Below are positions 9,061 to 17,206 of a stretch of DNA of 44,335 nt, in pieces (position 1 is the first letter of the stretch; each line of letters starts with the position of its first letter). Both the position numbers and the translations under genes were made by a program. The stretch spans positions 1 to 44,335 of the forward strand of contig JANOSY010000033.1 of assembly GCA_031416075.1 (NCBI GenBank). Direction: 5' to 3'. The notes under the pieces are model-generated. The model did no database searches, was not told the origin of the DNA, and was given only the letters and a program-made list of their open reading frames with translations. Source of the stretch: Candidatus Tenderia sp. (lineage in GTDB: Bacteria; Pseudomonadota; Gammaproteobacteria; Tenderiales; Tenderiaceae).

Positions 9061-10245
9061 TTAATTGCCAAATTGTGCTTGTGCCCCAAACATAATCGCG
9101 TTTGAGGTGAAGTCAAAGATGTTGAGGTCGGAATCCCTCGCGGTATGGTTATAAGTGGCGCTGAGGTGCAGCCAGGGGAGTAGGCTGTATTGGGTCTGAA
9201 GCCTTAAGTTTAGGCGGTTCTCGCTAATCACGTTGAGGTCGTCGGTTTTTGCGCTGGTATAAAATGCGCCGACAATAAAGGCCATGCGTGGTGTTGTCAT
9301 GTGTGTTATTTCGGTGTGGATGTGGTTTTGGATGTAGGCCTTGGAGTTGGCTTGCAGTGACTCCTGGATATCACGAATGGCACCAATGGTGATATTTGTA
9401 TAGCTGTTTGGCTTCCAGGTACCATCCAGCCGCAACATGAGGATGGAGGTGTCTTTGTATAGGCTGTTGTTATAGTTCCTGTTGAGCGCACCAATCTGGA
9501 ACAGGGCCGTGCTGATGGTGCTGATGTCCCAAGTGATACCGGTTAGGAGGTTCTGCTCATTGCTGCTTGGATCGACGGTGGGATTGGTATTTTGATAGTC
9601 GATGTTTGTGGTGCTGAGCTCAAAAGGTATACGGGTTTTAGGGGCCACACGGTAGTAAAACATGCCGGTGATGGTTGTGGAGTTCAGATCAAGAAACTGC
9701 TGGTTGTTATTGGTGTAGCGGAGCTGTTTATGGTTGAGCTTGGTAATGAGCTGGCCCCGGCTTGAGGGGTTACCATAGGAGAGAGTGATTTTTGCATAGT
9801 TTTCCCGCCAGCGGTTGGTGGTAGTGGTGAGATTGGCGGTGACGTTGTTGTCGTCCGGGGTGTTGTGGTCGCGAATCTGGCCCATCTCATATTCACTGTT
9901 TAGACGAATGCTGTGGTCAAGCAGCAGTTTGGTCGTCAGGCGGTGGTCGTTGTAGTTGAGTATATTTTGATCCTGATACTGCCCATAGGCACCCTTGTAG
10001 GTCAGGTCGAGTGAGTGTTTTCCAAAGCCCCATAATAAGGGGAGAGTGGGTTTTATGAGTAATAGCAGGTCACTCTGTTCGTTCTGTGCTGGGGCGCGCC
10101 TGACATTATCTTCATATTGCAGCTGTGTGGCGAGCTGTGGCTGAAAACCGGTGCTGCCGGTGATTGCCAGTGTGGGGTGTATGACAAACAAGGGTAGCAG
10201 GCCGATGAGTTTGATGAGGTGGCCATTTGTCTGTCTGTGTATCAT
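9061..10245 (-). CDS. Outer-membrane beta-barrel protein of EPS locus (VpsM/EpsX-like)
   Basis: Signal peptide, YEDNV motif, alternating beta strands, near-terminal Phe; upstream of short OPX and wzc. Confidence 0.8.
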   Translation of the reverse strand: MIHRQTNGHLIKLIGLLPLFVIHPTLAITGSTGFQPQLATQLQYEDNVRRAPAQNEQSDLLLLIKPTLPLLWGFGKHSLDLTYKGAYGQYQDQNILNYNDHRLTTKLLLDHSIRLNSEYEMGQIRDHNTPDDNNVTANLTTTTNRWRENYAKITLSYGNPSSRGQLITKLNHKQLRYTNNNQQFLDLNSTTITGMFYYRVAPKTRIPFELSTTNIDYQNTNPTVDPSSNEQNLLTGITWDISTISTALFQIGALNRNYNNSLYKDTSILMLRLDGTWKPNSYTNITIGAIRDIQESLQANSKAYIQNHIHTEITHMTTPRMAFIVGAFYTSAKTDDLNVISENRLNLRLQTQYSLLPWLHLSATYNHTARDSDLNIFDFTSNAIMFGAQAQFGN

Positions 10246-10398
10246 GCTTGCTGTCCTGAGCCGTATACAACCTGCTGGTAACTTTGGCGTGGTTGCTGTT
10301 TAGCTGGTGTTGAGAGTGATTAGGGCGTCATTTTAGCATGCAAGTTTTAGCATGGAGCGCTGTTTTTATGGGTTATTTTTTCTCACAAGATGTTATGA

Positions 10399-12078
10399 AT
10401 GAAGTTTAAATATTTCTTAACGTATCTCACGCCTCACCGATCAGTCCTATTTCTGGCGGCGTTGTTTATGCTGGGTGAGAGTGCGGTGGCGCTGTTGATC
10501 CCCTGGGTTGCAGGCCAGTTTGCCATGGGAGTTGTGGGTGATAGCAGTGTATGGGGGCTGGAGAGTGGCCAGATTCTATTGCTGCTGTTGCTGGTATTTC
10601 TGTGCCAGGCGCTGTTCCGGTTTTTGAATAGCTATTTGATCACTCGGAGTGGTGCAGAGGTCCTGGCGCAGCTGAGCTTGCGTCTATACGAACATCTGCA
10701 GTCGCTACCCATGGGGTACTTTCATGCAACCAAGCGCGGTCAGGTGTTGGCGCTGTTGAGTAATGATGTGGCGATGCTGAGCCATTTTGTTACAGGCACC
10801 TTGATTGGTCTTGTGCCCATGGTGATGACGCTGGTGGGGGCGATTGTCTTGATTGCACTGATTGATTGGCAGATTGCGTTGCTGATCCTGCTGCTGACCC
10901 CGCTCTTTTATATCACCCTGAAGTTGATGAGCAGAAAGATTCGTCCGGTCTCGTCGGCCTTGATGCAGCGGCAGGCGGACCATCTGTCCGTATTTGAGCA
11001 GAGTCTGAGCCTGTTGTCGCTGATCAAGGCGTTTGTGCGCGAGCCACTGGAGCTGCAACGGTTTGCATCATCCACCCAGGCGGTACTGCAACTGCGGTTG
11101 CAGCAGTTGCAAATGCAGTCGGTTCTGGCCCCGGTTGTACAGCTGCTGGCGTCACTGGGGATTTTGGCGGTGCTCTGGCTGAGCAGTCAGCATCTCACAT
11201 CAGGCACACTCACCGCCGCTGAGCTGGTGGCTATTCTATTATATGGACTGCTGTTTGCCCGGCCGATGAGTGGTTTGGCAAACCTATACGGTGATATTCA
11301 ACAGGCCAGGGGTGGTGCGGAGCGGCTGCTGGATATTTTTTCTGTTGCCCCGGAACCGATGCAGAGTGGTGCGCTTGAATTTGGGATTGGGATTGGCCCC
11401 GCCCGTGGCGAGATTGAGTTTCACGATATCCATTTCCACTACCCCGGTGCTGAGCCACTCTTGAGCGGGCTGAATTTTCAGATTCGCGCTGGTGAAACCG
11501 TGGCGCTGACTGGCGTGAACGGTGCCGGAAAGAGCACTTTGATACAGCTGTTAATGCGCTTTTTTGATCCGCAGGGCGGAGTGATCCGGCTCGACGGTAC
11601 CGACATCCGTACCGTGACGCTGGCAAGTTTGCGGCGGCAGTTTGGTCTGGTGGCCCAGCATGTGCTGCTATCGGATGTGAGCATTGCCGATAATATCGCC
11701 TACGGCAAGCCGGGGGCCAGCCAGGCAGAGATTGAGGCGGCGGCCCGCACCGCCAATGCCCACGGTTTTATTGCTGCGCTGCCGCTGGGGTATCAGACGA
11801 TGGTGGGAGAGCAGGGCGTGCGGCTATCGGGCGGGCAGCGGCAGCGGCTGGCACTGGCCCGTGCACTGTTGATCCAACCGGCCATTTTAATCTTTGATGA
11901 GGCAACCTCGATGTTCGACCCGGAGGGCGAGGCGCTGTTTCTGCAAGAGTGCCACGAGCAGTTGCGGAGCCGTACCGTTATAATCATCACCCATCGCCCT
12001 GCCACGTTGGCGCTGGCAGATCGGGTGATGCAGCTTAAAGATGGGCAGTTAATAGAGGTGGAAAATGACAAACTATAA
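10399..12078 (+). CDS. ABC exporter, fused permease/ATPase (lasso 'D'-type, no C39 peptidase domain)
   Basis: TM domain + Walker A GVNGAGKST, LSGGQRQR, IFDEATS and THR. Confidence 0.93.
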   Translation: MKFKYFLTYLTPHRSVLFLAALFMLGESAVALLIPWVAGQFAMGVVGDSSVWGLESGQILLLLLLVFLCQALFRFLNSYLITRSGAEVLAQLSLRLYEHLQSLPMGYFHATKRGQVLALLSNDVAMLSHFVTGTLIGLVPMVMTLVGAIVLIALIDWQIALLILLLTPLFYITLKLMSRKIRPVSSALMQRQADHLSVFEQSLSLLSLIKAFVREPLELQRFASSTQAVLQLRLQQLQMQSVLAPVVQLLASLGILAVLWLSSQHLTSGTLTAAELVAILLYGLLFARPMSGLANLYGDIQQARGGAERLLDIFSVAPEPMQSGALEFGIGIGPARGEIEFHDIHFHYPGAEPLLSGLNFQIRAGETVALTGVNGAGKSTLIQLLMRFFDPQGGVIRLDGTDIRTVTLASLRRQFGLVAQHVLLSDVSIADNIAYGKPGASQAEIEAAARTANAHGFIAALPLGYQTMVGEQGVRLSGGQRQRLALARALLIQPAILIFDEATSMFDPEGEALFLQECHEQLRSRTVIIITHRPATLALADRVMQLKDGQLIEVENDKL

Positions 12079-12334
12079 GATCCAGGACGATGTCTTCCTG
12101 CAAAAAGTGGTGAACGAGACAGTGATTCTGGCCCCGGAAACCGGCAATTACTTCTCCCTTGATGAGGTGGGTAGCCGCATGATTGAGCTGTTCAGACAGA
12201 CCGGTTCGATAGAACAGACCGTTGCCGCCCTGGTGCGAGAGTACGATGCGCCACAGGCGGATATCGAACGTGATCTGCTGGCGCTGCTGGAGGATATGGC
12301 CCAACAGGGTGTTGTTGAGAAAATTGAATCTTAA
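12065..12334 (+). CDS. PqqD-family RiPP recognition element (lasso B1)
   Basis: 89 aa; ETVIL...GNYFSLDEVGSRMIEL...LVREYDA...DLLALLEDM..QGVV pattern. Confidence 0.9.
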   Translation: MTNYKIQDDVFLQKVVNETVILAPETGNYFSLDEVGSRMIELFRQTGSIEQTVAALVREYDAPQADIERDLLALLEDMAQQGVVEKIES

Positions 12335-12779
12335 GCTTGATCGCCTGTTTAGCCTGCCAGCCAAAAGCTACCCACTGCTGCTGGAGGCGTGGCTAACCCT
12401 GGCCTGGATCGATCTGACTATCCGTTTTGTTCCCTATGCCCACTGGCGTCACTGGCTAGAGAGCAGCGCGTCGCTTCGGCGCATCGATCAGCCAACAGCG
12501 GATATTGAGGGGTTAATCCACACCTCAGAGCGGGTTGCCAGACACCACTACGCTGCCATGAACTGTCTGCGGCGCACTGTGGCACAGAAGATGATGCTGG
12601 CGCGGCGTGGTATATCGAGTCAGGTCCACATCGGGGTGAAAAAAGAGCAGGCCGGTTTTGCCGCCCACGCCTGGTTGAGCTATCAGGGAGAGGTATTAAA
12701 CGATTCGGCAGATGTAACTGAGCGCTACGTAGAGCTGGAGCGGGCGCTCTGGCGTAGCGTGAAATTTTTTACGGATTAG
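12324..12779 (+). CDS. Lasso peptide biosynthesis B2 protein (transglutaminase-like leader peptidase)
   Basis: NCLRR...LARRGI....IGV.....FAAHAWL Cys-His motif; probable TTG start at 12324 overlapping B1. Confidence 0.88.
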   Translation: MNLKLDRLFSLPAKSYPLLLEAWLTLAWIDLTIRFVPYAHWRHWLESSASLRRIDQPTADIEGLIHTSERVARHHYAAMNCLRRTVAQKMMLARRGISSQVHIGVKKEQAGFAAHAWLSYQGEVLNDSADVTERYVELERALWRSVKFFTD

Positions 12780-12788
12780 ATTTTTTAA

Positions 12789-12812
12789 GTGTAGTAGTCG
12801 CGACTACTACAC
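12789..12812. repeat. Perfect 24-bp palindrome GTGTAGTAGTCGCGACTACTACAC
   Basis: Read directly; lies between convergent B2 and fic. Confidence 0.9.
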
Positions 12813-12847
12813 ATCAATGACGACTAATATTCGCTTTTCAGCCTCCC

Positions 12848-12883
12848 TCATGACATCGATATGGAAGGGATGATCCTTGTCAT
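12848..12883 (-). pseudogene. Possible 5' stub of a YeeB-like DEAD/DEAH helicase (MTRIIPSISMS*)
   Basis: ATG overlaps fic stop (ATGA); peptide resembles recalled 'IPSVSV' N-termini of YeeB-like helicases; very short. Confidence 0.3.
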
Positions 12884-14022
12884 ATCTGTTGCCTGAAAAT
12901 ATCCAGATAATCCCGGAACACGAACAGCCGGTTGCGGCGTTGCCCGGTGACTTCCTCCAGCACGCCAAACGTTACCATGTCGCCGATCAGTGCCGCCGCT
13001 GTGTTGGTGGAGGCGCGGGTAATCTCAATCGCCCCTTTCACATCGATGACCGGCCTTGCATAAAGCTGCCGCATCAACGTCTGCGCATTGTCCTGGCGGC
13101 GTGCGCTGAAGCGGGGCAGCACCTCCCGTTCGATGCGCTGCTTCAAACCCAGCACGGCGCGGAACACCGAGGCCGACGCGCGCGCCGTCTCCTCCACGCC
13201 AAACACAAAGAACACCAACCACTCGCGAAGATGGTTGCCCTGTCGCACCGCCATCAAGCTATCAATATAAGCGGTCTTGTAGCGTTCGAAATAGTCCGAC
13301 AGGTACAGCGCCGGCTGGTGCAGCAAACCTTCGGACGCCAGATACAGCGAAATCATCAGCCGCCCCAGACGCCCGTTGCCGTCCAGAAACGGGTGAATCG
13401 TCTCGAACTGATAATGGGCGATGGCGATGCGAACCAGCGGATGCACGAACATGTCGTCCGCGTGAAGGAATCGCTCCAGGTCGCTCATCAACCCAGGCAC
13501 ATGTTCGTGATGCGGCGGCACAAACACCGCGTTCTTCAGGCTCACGCCGATCCAGTTCTGGCTGACGCGAAACTCGCCCGGCTGCTTGCGCTCGCCGCGT
13601 ACGCCCGCCATCAACACCGCGTGGGTCTCGCGCAGTAGCCGCGACGACAAGGGTAACGTTTGCAGCGCCGCAATTGCGGTGTTGATCGCACGAATGTAGT
13701 TTTGCACCTCCGCCCAGTCGTCACGCTGCTCCGGATTCAAGTCGGCGGCGTCCTTGAAGGCGTCCTCAATATTGGTTTGTGTCCCCTCGATCCGGCTGGA
13801 CTGGGTGGCTTCCTTCGCCACATGCATGCGAATGAAAAAGTTGATATCGGGAATCAGTTGGCTGAAGGCATTCAGTTCTCCCAGGGCGCGGTCGGCACGC
13901 CCCAGCAAATCGCTCAATTCCGGATCGGCAACCACCCATTCTTGGCAGATCGGTTCGGGCAGAAAGGCTTGGTATTCGTAGCGGCTCTCATAGTGACCCG
14001 CCCGAAAATCAGCAATATTCAT
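12880..14022 (-). CDS. Fic family protein (class II; N-terminal domain + Fic + C-terminal HTH-like)
   Basis: Canonical HPFLDGNGRLGR; N-terminal inhibitory motif SSRIEG; C-terminal EEVTGQRRNRLF. Confidence 0.95.
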   Translation of the reverse strand: MNIADFRAGHYESRYEYQAFLPEPICQEWVVADPELSDLLGRADRALGELNAFSQLIPDINFFIRMHVAKEATQSSRIEGTQTNIEDAFKDAADLNPEQRDDWAEVQNYIRAINTAIAALQTLPLSSRLLRETHAVLMAGVRGERKQPGEFRVSQNWIGVSLKNAVFVPPHHEHVPGLMSDLERFLHADDMFVHPLVRIAIAHYQFETIHPFLDGNGRLGRLMISLYLASEGLLHQPALYLSDYFERYKTAYIDSLMAVRQGNHLREWLVFFVFGVEETARASASVFRAVLGLKQRIEREVLPRFSARRQDNAQTLMRQLYARPVIDVKGAIEITRASTNTAAALIGDMVTFGVLEEVTGQRRNRLFVFRDYLDIFRQQI

Positions 14023-14144
14023 ATGTCAGAAACCCCATGGCTTTCTATAATAACCGGTACTTTATGTCAGATCATGCCCGCCATGCAATCCTTATGTCAG
14101 AAATAGGGGTAGTTAGTGACATTAGATGCGACCTAATGTGAGAA
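14022..14144. promoter_or_regulatory. Repeated TATGTCAG(A) motifs upstream of fic, putative operator sites
   Basis: Copies at 14022, 14063 and 14093, plus inverted TGACATTA (~14117) and degenerate TAATGTGAGA (~14134). Confidence 0.4.
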
Positions 14145-14168
14145 GAGGTCTCCCACGATAGAACCCGA

Positions 14169-14252
14169 TCAAGGTTTTCTACGTATTCTCGCAGCACTTT
14201 TACCACCGCGCCCGGCGGTCATCTTGGTATAAAACTCAAACAGTTTTTCCAG
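14169..14252 (-). pseudogene. 3' stub of an MmeI/YeeA-like DNA methyltransferase (LEKLFEFYTKMTAGRGGKSAARIRRKP*)
   Basis: Manual translation matches recalled C-terminal motif RLEKLFELYTKMT plus basic tail of MmeI/YeeA-type enzymes; no start codon before the motif. Confidence 0.5.
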
Positions 14253-14265
14253 TGCAAACCATCTG

Positions 14266-16137
14266 TTACTGGCCAAAAACAGCGGCGTATTTCTGAAACC
14301 AGATCTGGGCCATCAGGGCGTAGAGCAGGTTGACGTTGAGTGAGCTGGCGGGATTTTTAACCACCGACTCAAAGACGCCAAGCAGCTGCTGATTGTTGAC
14401 CAGCCCCATCTCCTGGAGCCGGGTGTCGGAGAGGATGGCGCGCACGGTGTTGTGCTGGTCGCGAATAATCTGGCCAAAAAAACCATCAAATATAATTTTC
14501 TTTTTGTTCCAGCAGACGCTGTCGGGCAGCCGTCCGTTCATGCTGCGGCGTAGTAGCCACTTGGGGTAGTTGTGGCGCAGCCAGAGGTCATCGGGGATGG
14601 CAAAGCTGAATTCGAGCAGACGCCGGTCAAAAAATGGGTGGCGTACCTCGATGCCAAACCCAGTGGCGGTTTGATGGTAGGAGCGTACTGAATTGATGGT
14701 GGATGTATTTGTCCACGCCTGATAACGGGCCTGCAGGGCGGGGTTGGTGAAGCGCGGGGCGTTTTCATTTGGGGTGTCGTTGCTGTTTTGCAGCAACATC
14801 TGTCGAGCGGGTTCCGCCATCCAGGACGGGAGGGTGGCGCTGGCGGGGCGGCCCAGTGCGGTGCGCAGGCCTCGTTTGATCGGGGTGGGGATCAGCGGCG
14901 TTACAAACAGGTGTAACAGCGTATTCAGCAGCGGTAGCTGCATCTCTCTGCAGCCACTGACTGCCTCTTGAATGGCCCGCAGGTCACCACGCCGCAGGCG
15001 CTGTGAGTAGGTTAGGCTGTGGCCCCAGGTCATCTCATCACCACCGCTGCCTGTGAGCAGAACATCGGCACCTATCTCTTTGAGTAGTTTCATCTCGTCC
15101 AGATAGCGTGGGGAGCAGACGGTGCCAGGGTTGTCGAGTGTGGGGGCGTATAGCTCCCGGAAGTCGAGTGCCAGATGCTGTTCTGCCGCCATGTAGTGGA
15201 TGTGCGGGAGGCCGAGGTGCTGTTGCATCTCTTTGATGCGGTCGCTCTCGTCACAACTGGCGGTTTTCTGGTAGGTGTGGGAGATGACGGCGAGCTGTTG
15301 CGGGGTTGATTCCGTGAGCTGTTTGGCCAGGGCTGTGACGGAGGTGGAGTCCATGCCGCCGCTCATCTGTGTAGCGATGGTGGTGGCGGTTGAGCCCATG
15401 CGGTCGCTGACGTTGCGGGTGAGTATGGCGGTGAGCTGCTCTTCATAATCACCAATGGAGGGGTGGCGGATTGTGAAGGTGGGGTCCAGCTGCCAGTAGC
15501 GCTGGATGTGAATGCCGTTGGCATCGGCCTGCAGTGAGTGCCCGGCGGGCAGCAGTTCGACACCTTCAAACATCGAACGGTGTGGGTCGGGCCAGCCACT
15601 CAGCCAGCAGGCCAAGGCGTATCGGTTGAGCTGTGCGGTGATGGCACGCTGTTGCAGCAGTTGGCTCCCGTCGGTGGCTATATATGTAGAGTCACCCACA
15701 CGGGTATAGCTGAGGGTTCGCATATTCATCACATCCCGTGCGGCAAACAGGGTGCGCTTTTCTCTGTCCCAGAGGGCAAAGGCAAAATCGCCGATCAGGT
15801 GCGTCGGGCACTGCTGGCCCCACTGGCGGTAGGCGGCGAGGATGAGTTCGGCGTCCGTGGGCTGGGCGGAGAGGGGTGTAGTGTGTAGCTGTTGTAACAG
15901 CTCTGGCCGGTTATCGATGCGGGCATCGCAGATCAGCAGATATTGGCCACAGGCGGAGAGCAGCGGGGCGGCGGCCAGGGGTGAGAGCGGTGCGCTGTGG
16001 TTGAGCTGTTGTGAAAAGGCCAGCGGCCCCTGGATGTGGGTGGTGCTGTTATCTGGCAGTGAGCGGGTGAAGGTATCAATAACATCGGCACTTAAGGGTG
16101 CATCACGCCAGTCAATGATCGCCGCAATGCCCGACAC
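14266..16137 (-). CDS. Asparagine-synthetase-like lasso cyclase (C protein)
   Basis: DARIDNR, GDFAFALWD, SGGMDST ATP motif, LTGSGGDE and RHPFFDRRLLEF. The N-terminus MSGIAA lacks the Ntn catalytic Cys of true AsnB. B1/B2 are nearby. Confidence 0.85.
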   Translation of the reverse strand: MSGIAAIIDWRDAPLSADVIDTFTRSLPDNSTTHIQGPLAFSQQLNHSAPLSPLAAAPLLSACGQYLLICDARIDNRPELLQQLHTTPLSAQPTDAELILAAYRQWGQQCPTHLIGDFAFALWDREKRTLFAARDVMNMRTLSYTRVGDSTYIATDGSQLLQQRAITAQLNRYALACWLSGWPDPHRSMFEGVELLPAGHSLQADANGIHIQRYWQLDPTFTIRHPSIGDYEEQLTAILTRNVSDRMGSTATTIATQMSGGMDSTSVTALAKQLTESTPQQLAVISHTYQKTASCDESDRIKEMQQHLGLPHIHYMAAEQHLALDFRELYAPTLDNPGTVCSPRYLDEMKLLKEIGADVLLTGSGGDEMTWGHSLTYSQRLRRGDLRAIQEAVSGCREMQLPLLNTLLHLFVTPLIPTPIKRGLRTALGRPASATLPSWMAEPARQMLLQNSNDTPNENAPRFTNPALQARYQAWTNTSTINSVRSYHQTATGFGIEVRHPFFDRRLLEFSFAIPDDLWLRHNYPKWLLRRSMNGRLPDSVCWNKKKIIFDGFFGQIIRDQHNTVRAILSDTRLQEMGLVNNQQLLGVFESVVKNPASSLNVNLLYALMAQIWFQKYAAVFGQ

Positions 16138-16141
16138 GGCG

Positions 16142-17206
16142 CTATTCGCCCAGCTCTGGATTGAAGGCGATGAGGTGGTCGGTGATCAGACAGATACCGA
16201 TGGCCTGGCCGATGGCGTGGTTGTGGTGGCTGGGGACCAGCGAGAGTATCTGCACACCGCTTTTGAGTTGCAGGGTGTAGAGGATGTCAGCTCCCTGAAA
16301 CGCCTTGTCGATGACAACGGCGGTTAAGGGGCTGGCGTCGTCATGCACGATATCGTCGGGGCGCAGCAGCAGATCCACCACACAGCCACGGGCGCAGGGG
16401 GAGTGCAGCTCCCCTTCCAGAATACCCAGCTCGGTCTCAACCCGGCTGCCCTTCAGCACCACCCCCTGCAGGAATACCCCTTTGCCAATAAAATCAGCGA
16501 CAAAGCGATTAACGGGACGGTGGTATAGGTTGTAGGCGCTATCCCACTGCTGGATATGGCCCTGATGCATGATGGCGATGTCATCGGCCACGGCAAAGGC
16601 CTCATGCTGGTCATGGGTCACCATCAACGCCGTTGTGCCTTCACGTTTAATGATCTCCCGGACGTCGTGGCAGAGCCGTTCGCGCAGCTCCACATCGAGG
16701 TTTGAAAAGGGTTCATCCAGCAGCAGCAGTTGTGGCCGGGGGGCCAGCGCACGGGCCAGGGCGATGCGCTGCTGCTGGCCGCCGGAGAGCTGGTGGGGAT
16801 AGAGCTTGGCCGCTTCGTTGAGGCCGATCAGGGTCAACAACTCATCCTGGCGTATTTTACGTTCGGCACGGCTGAGTTTATGTAGACCAAAGCCGATGTT
16901 TTGCTCCGCCGTCAGGTGTGGAAAGAGGGCGTAATCCTGGAAGACCATGCCGATACGGCGCTGCTCGGCAGGTAGGTGGTGTTGTGGGGTGCTGACCGGC
17001 TCGCCATTGATCACAATCTCGCCGCCGCTAATCTCCTCAAACCCGGCAATGCAGCGCAGCACCGTGGTTTTGCCGCAGCCACTGGGGCCGAGCAGGCAGC
17101 CGATACGGCCACGGGCCAAGCTGAGTGATAGACCATCGACGATGAGGCTATCGCCATAACGTTGGCTGATGGTATGGAGGGTAAGAAGTGGATTATCGTT
17201 CTGCAT
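16142..17206 (-). CDS. fbpC: Fe3+ ABC transporter ATP-binding subunit
   Basis: GPSGCGKTT, LSGGQQQR, LLDEPFSNLD and TOBE-like C-terminus; operon context. Confidence 0.88.
   Translation of the reverse strand: MQNDNPLLTLHTISQRYGDSLIVDGLSLSLARGRIGCLLGPSGCGKTTVLRCIAGFEEISGGEIVINGEPVSTPQHHLPAEQRRIGMVFQDYALFPHLTAEQNIGFGLHKLSRAERKIRQDELLTLIGLNEAAKLYPHQLSGGQQQRIALARALAPRPQLLLLDEPFSNLDVELRERLCHDVREIIKREGTTALMVTHDQHEAFAVADDIAIMHQGHIQQWDSAYNLYHRPVNRFVADFIGKGVFLQGVVLKGSRVETELGILEGELHSPCARGCVVDLLLRPDDIVHDDASPLTAVVIDKAFQGADILYTLQLKSGVQILSLVPSHHNHAIGQAIGICLITDHLIAFNPELGE

Noticed and set aside
12222-12323. N-terminal extension of B2 from the ORF track (similarly for fbpA, trmJ, cysE, rlmN, yfgM)
   Set aside because: These extensions overlap upstream genes or regulatory sites; downstream starts fit family lengths and RBS better
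12877-13638. 253-aa plus-strand ORF
   Set aside because: Antisense shadow of the GC-rich fic gene; no recognisable motifs
14022-14101. Mini CRISPR array
   Set aside because: Repeats are only 8-9 bp, spacing is uneven, and there are no cas genes
14266-16137. Housekeeping glutamine-dependent asparagine synthetase AsnB
   Set aside because: The N-terminal catalytic Cys is replaced by Ser, and B1/B2 genes are nearby
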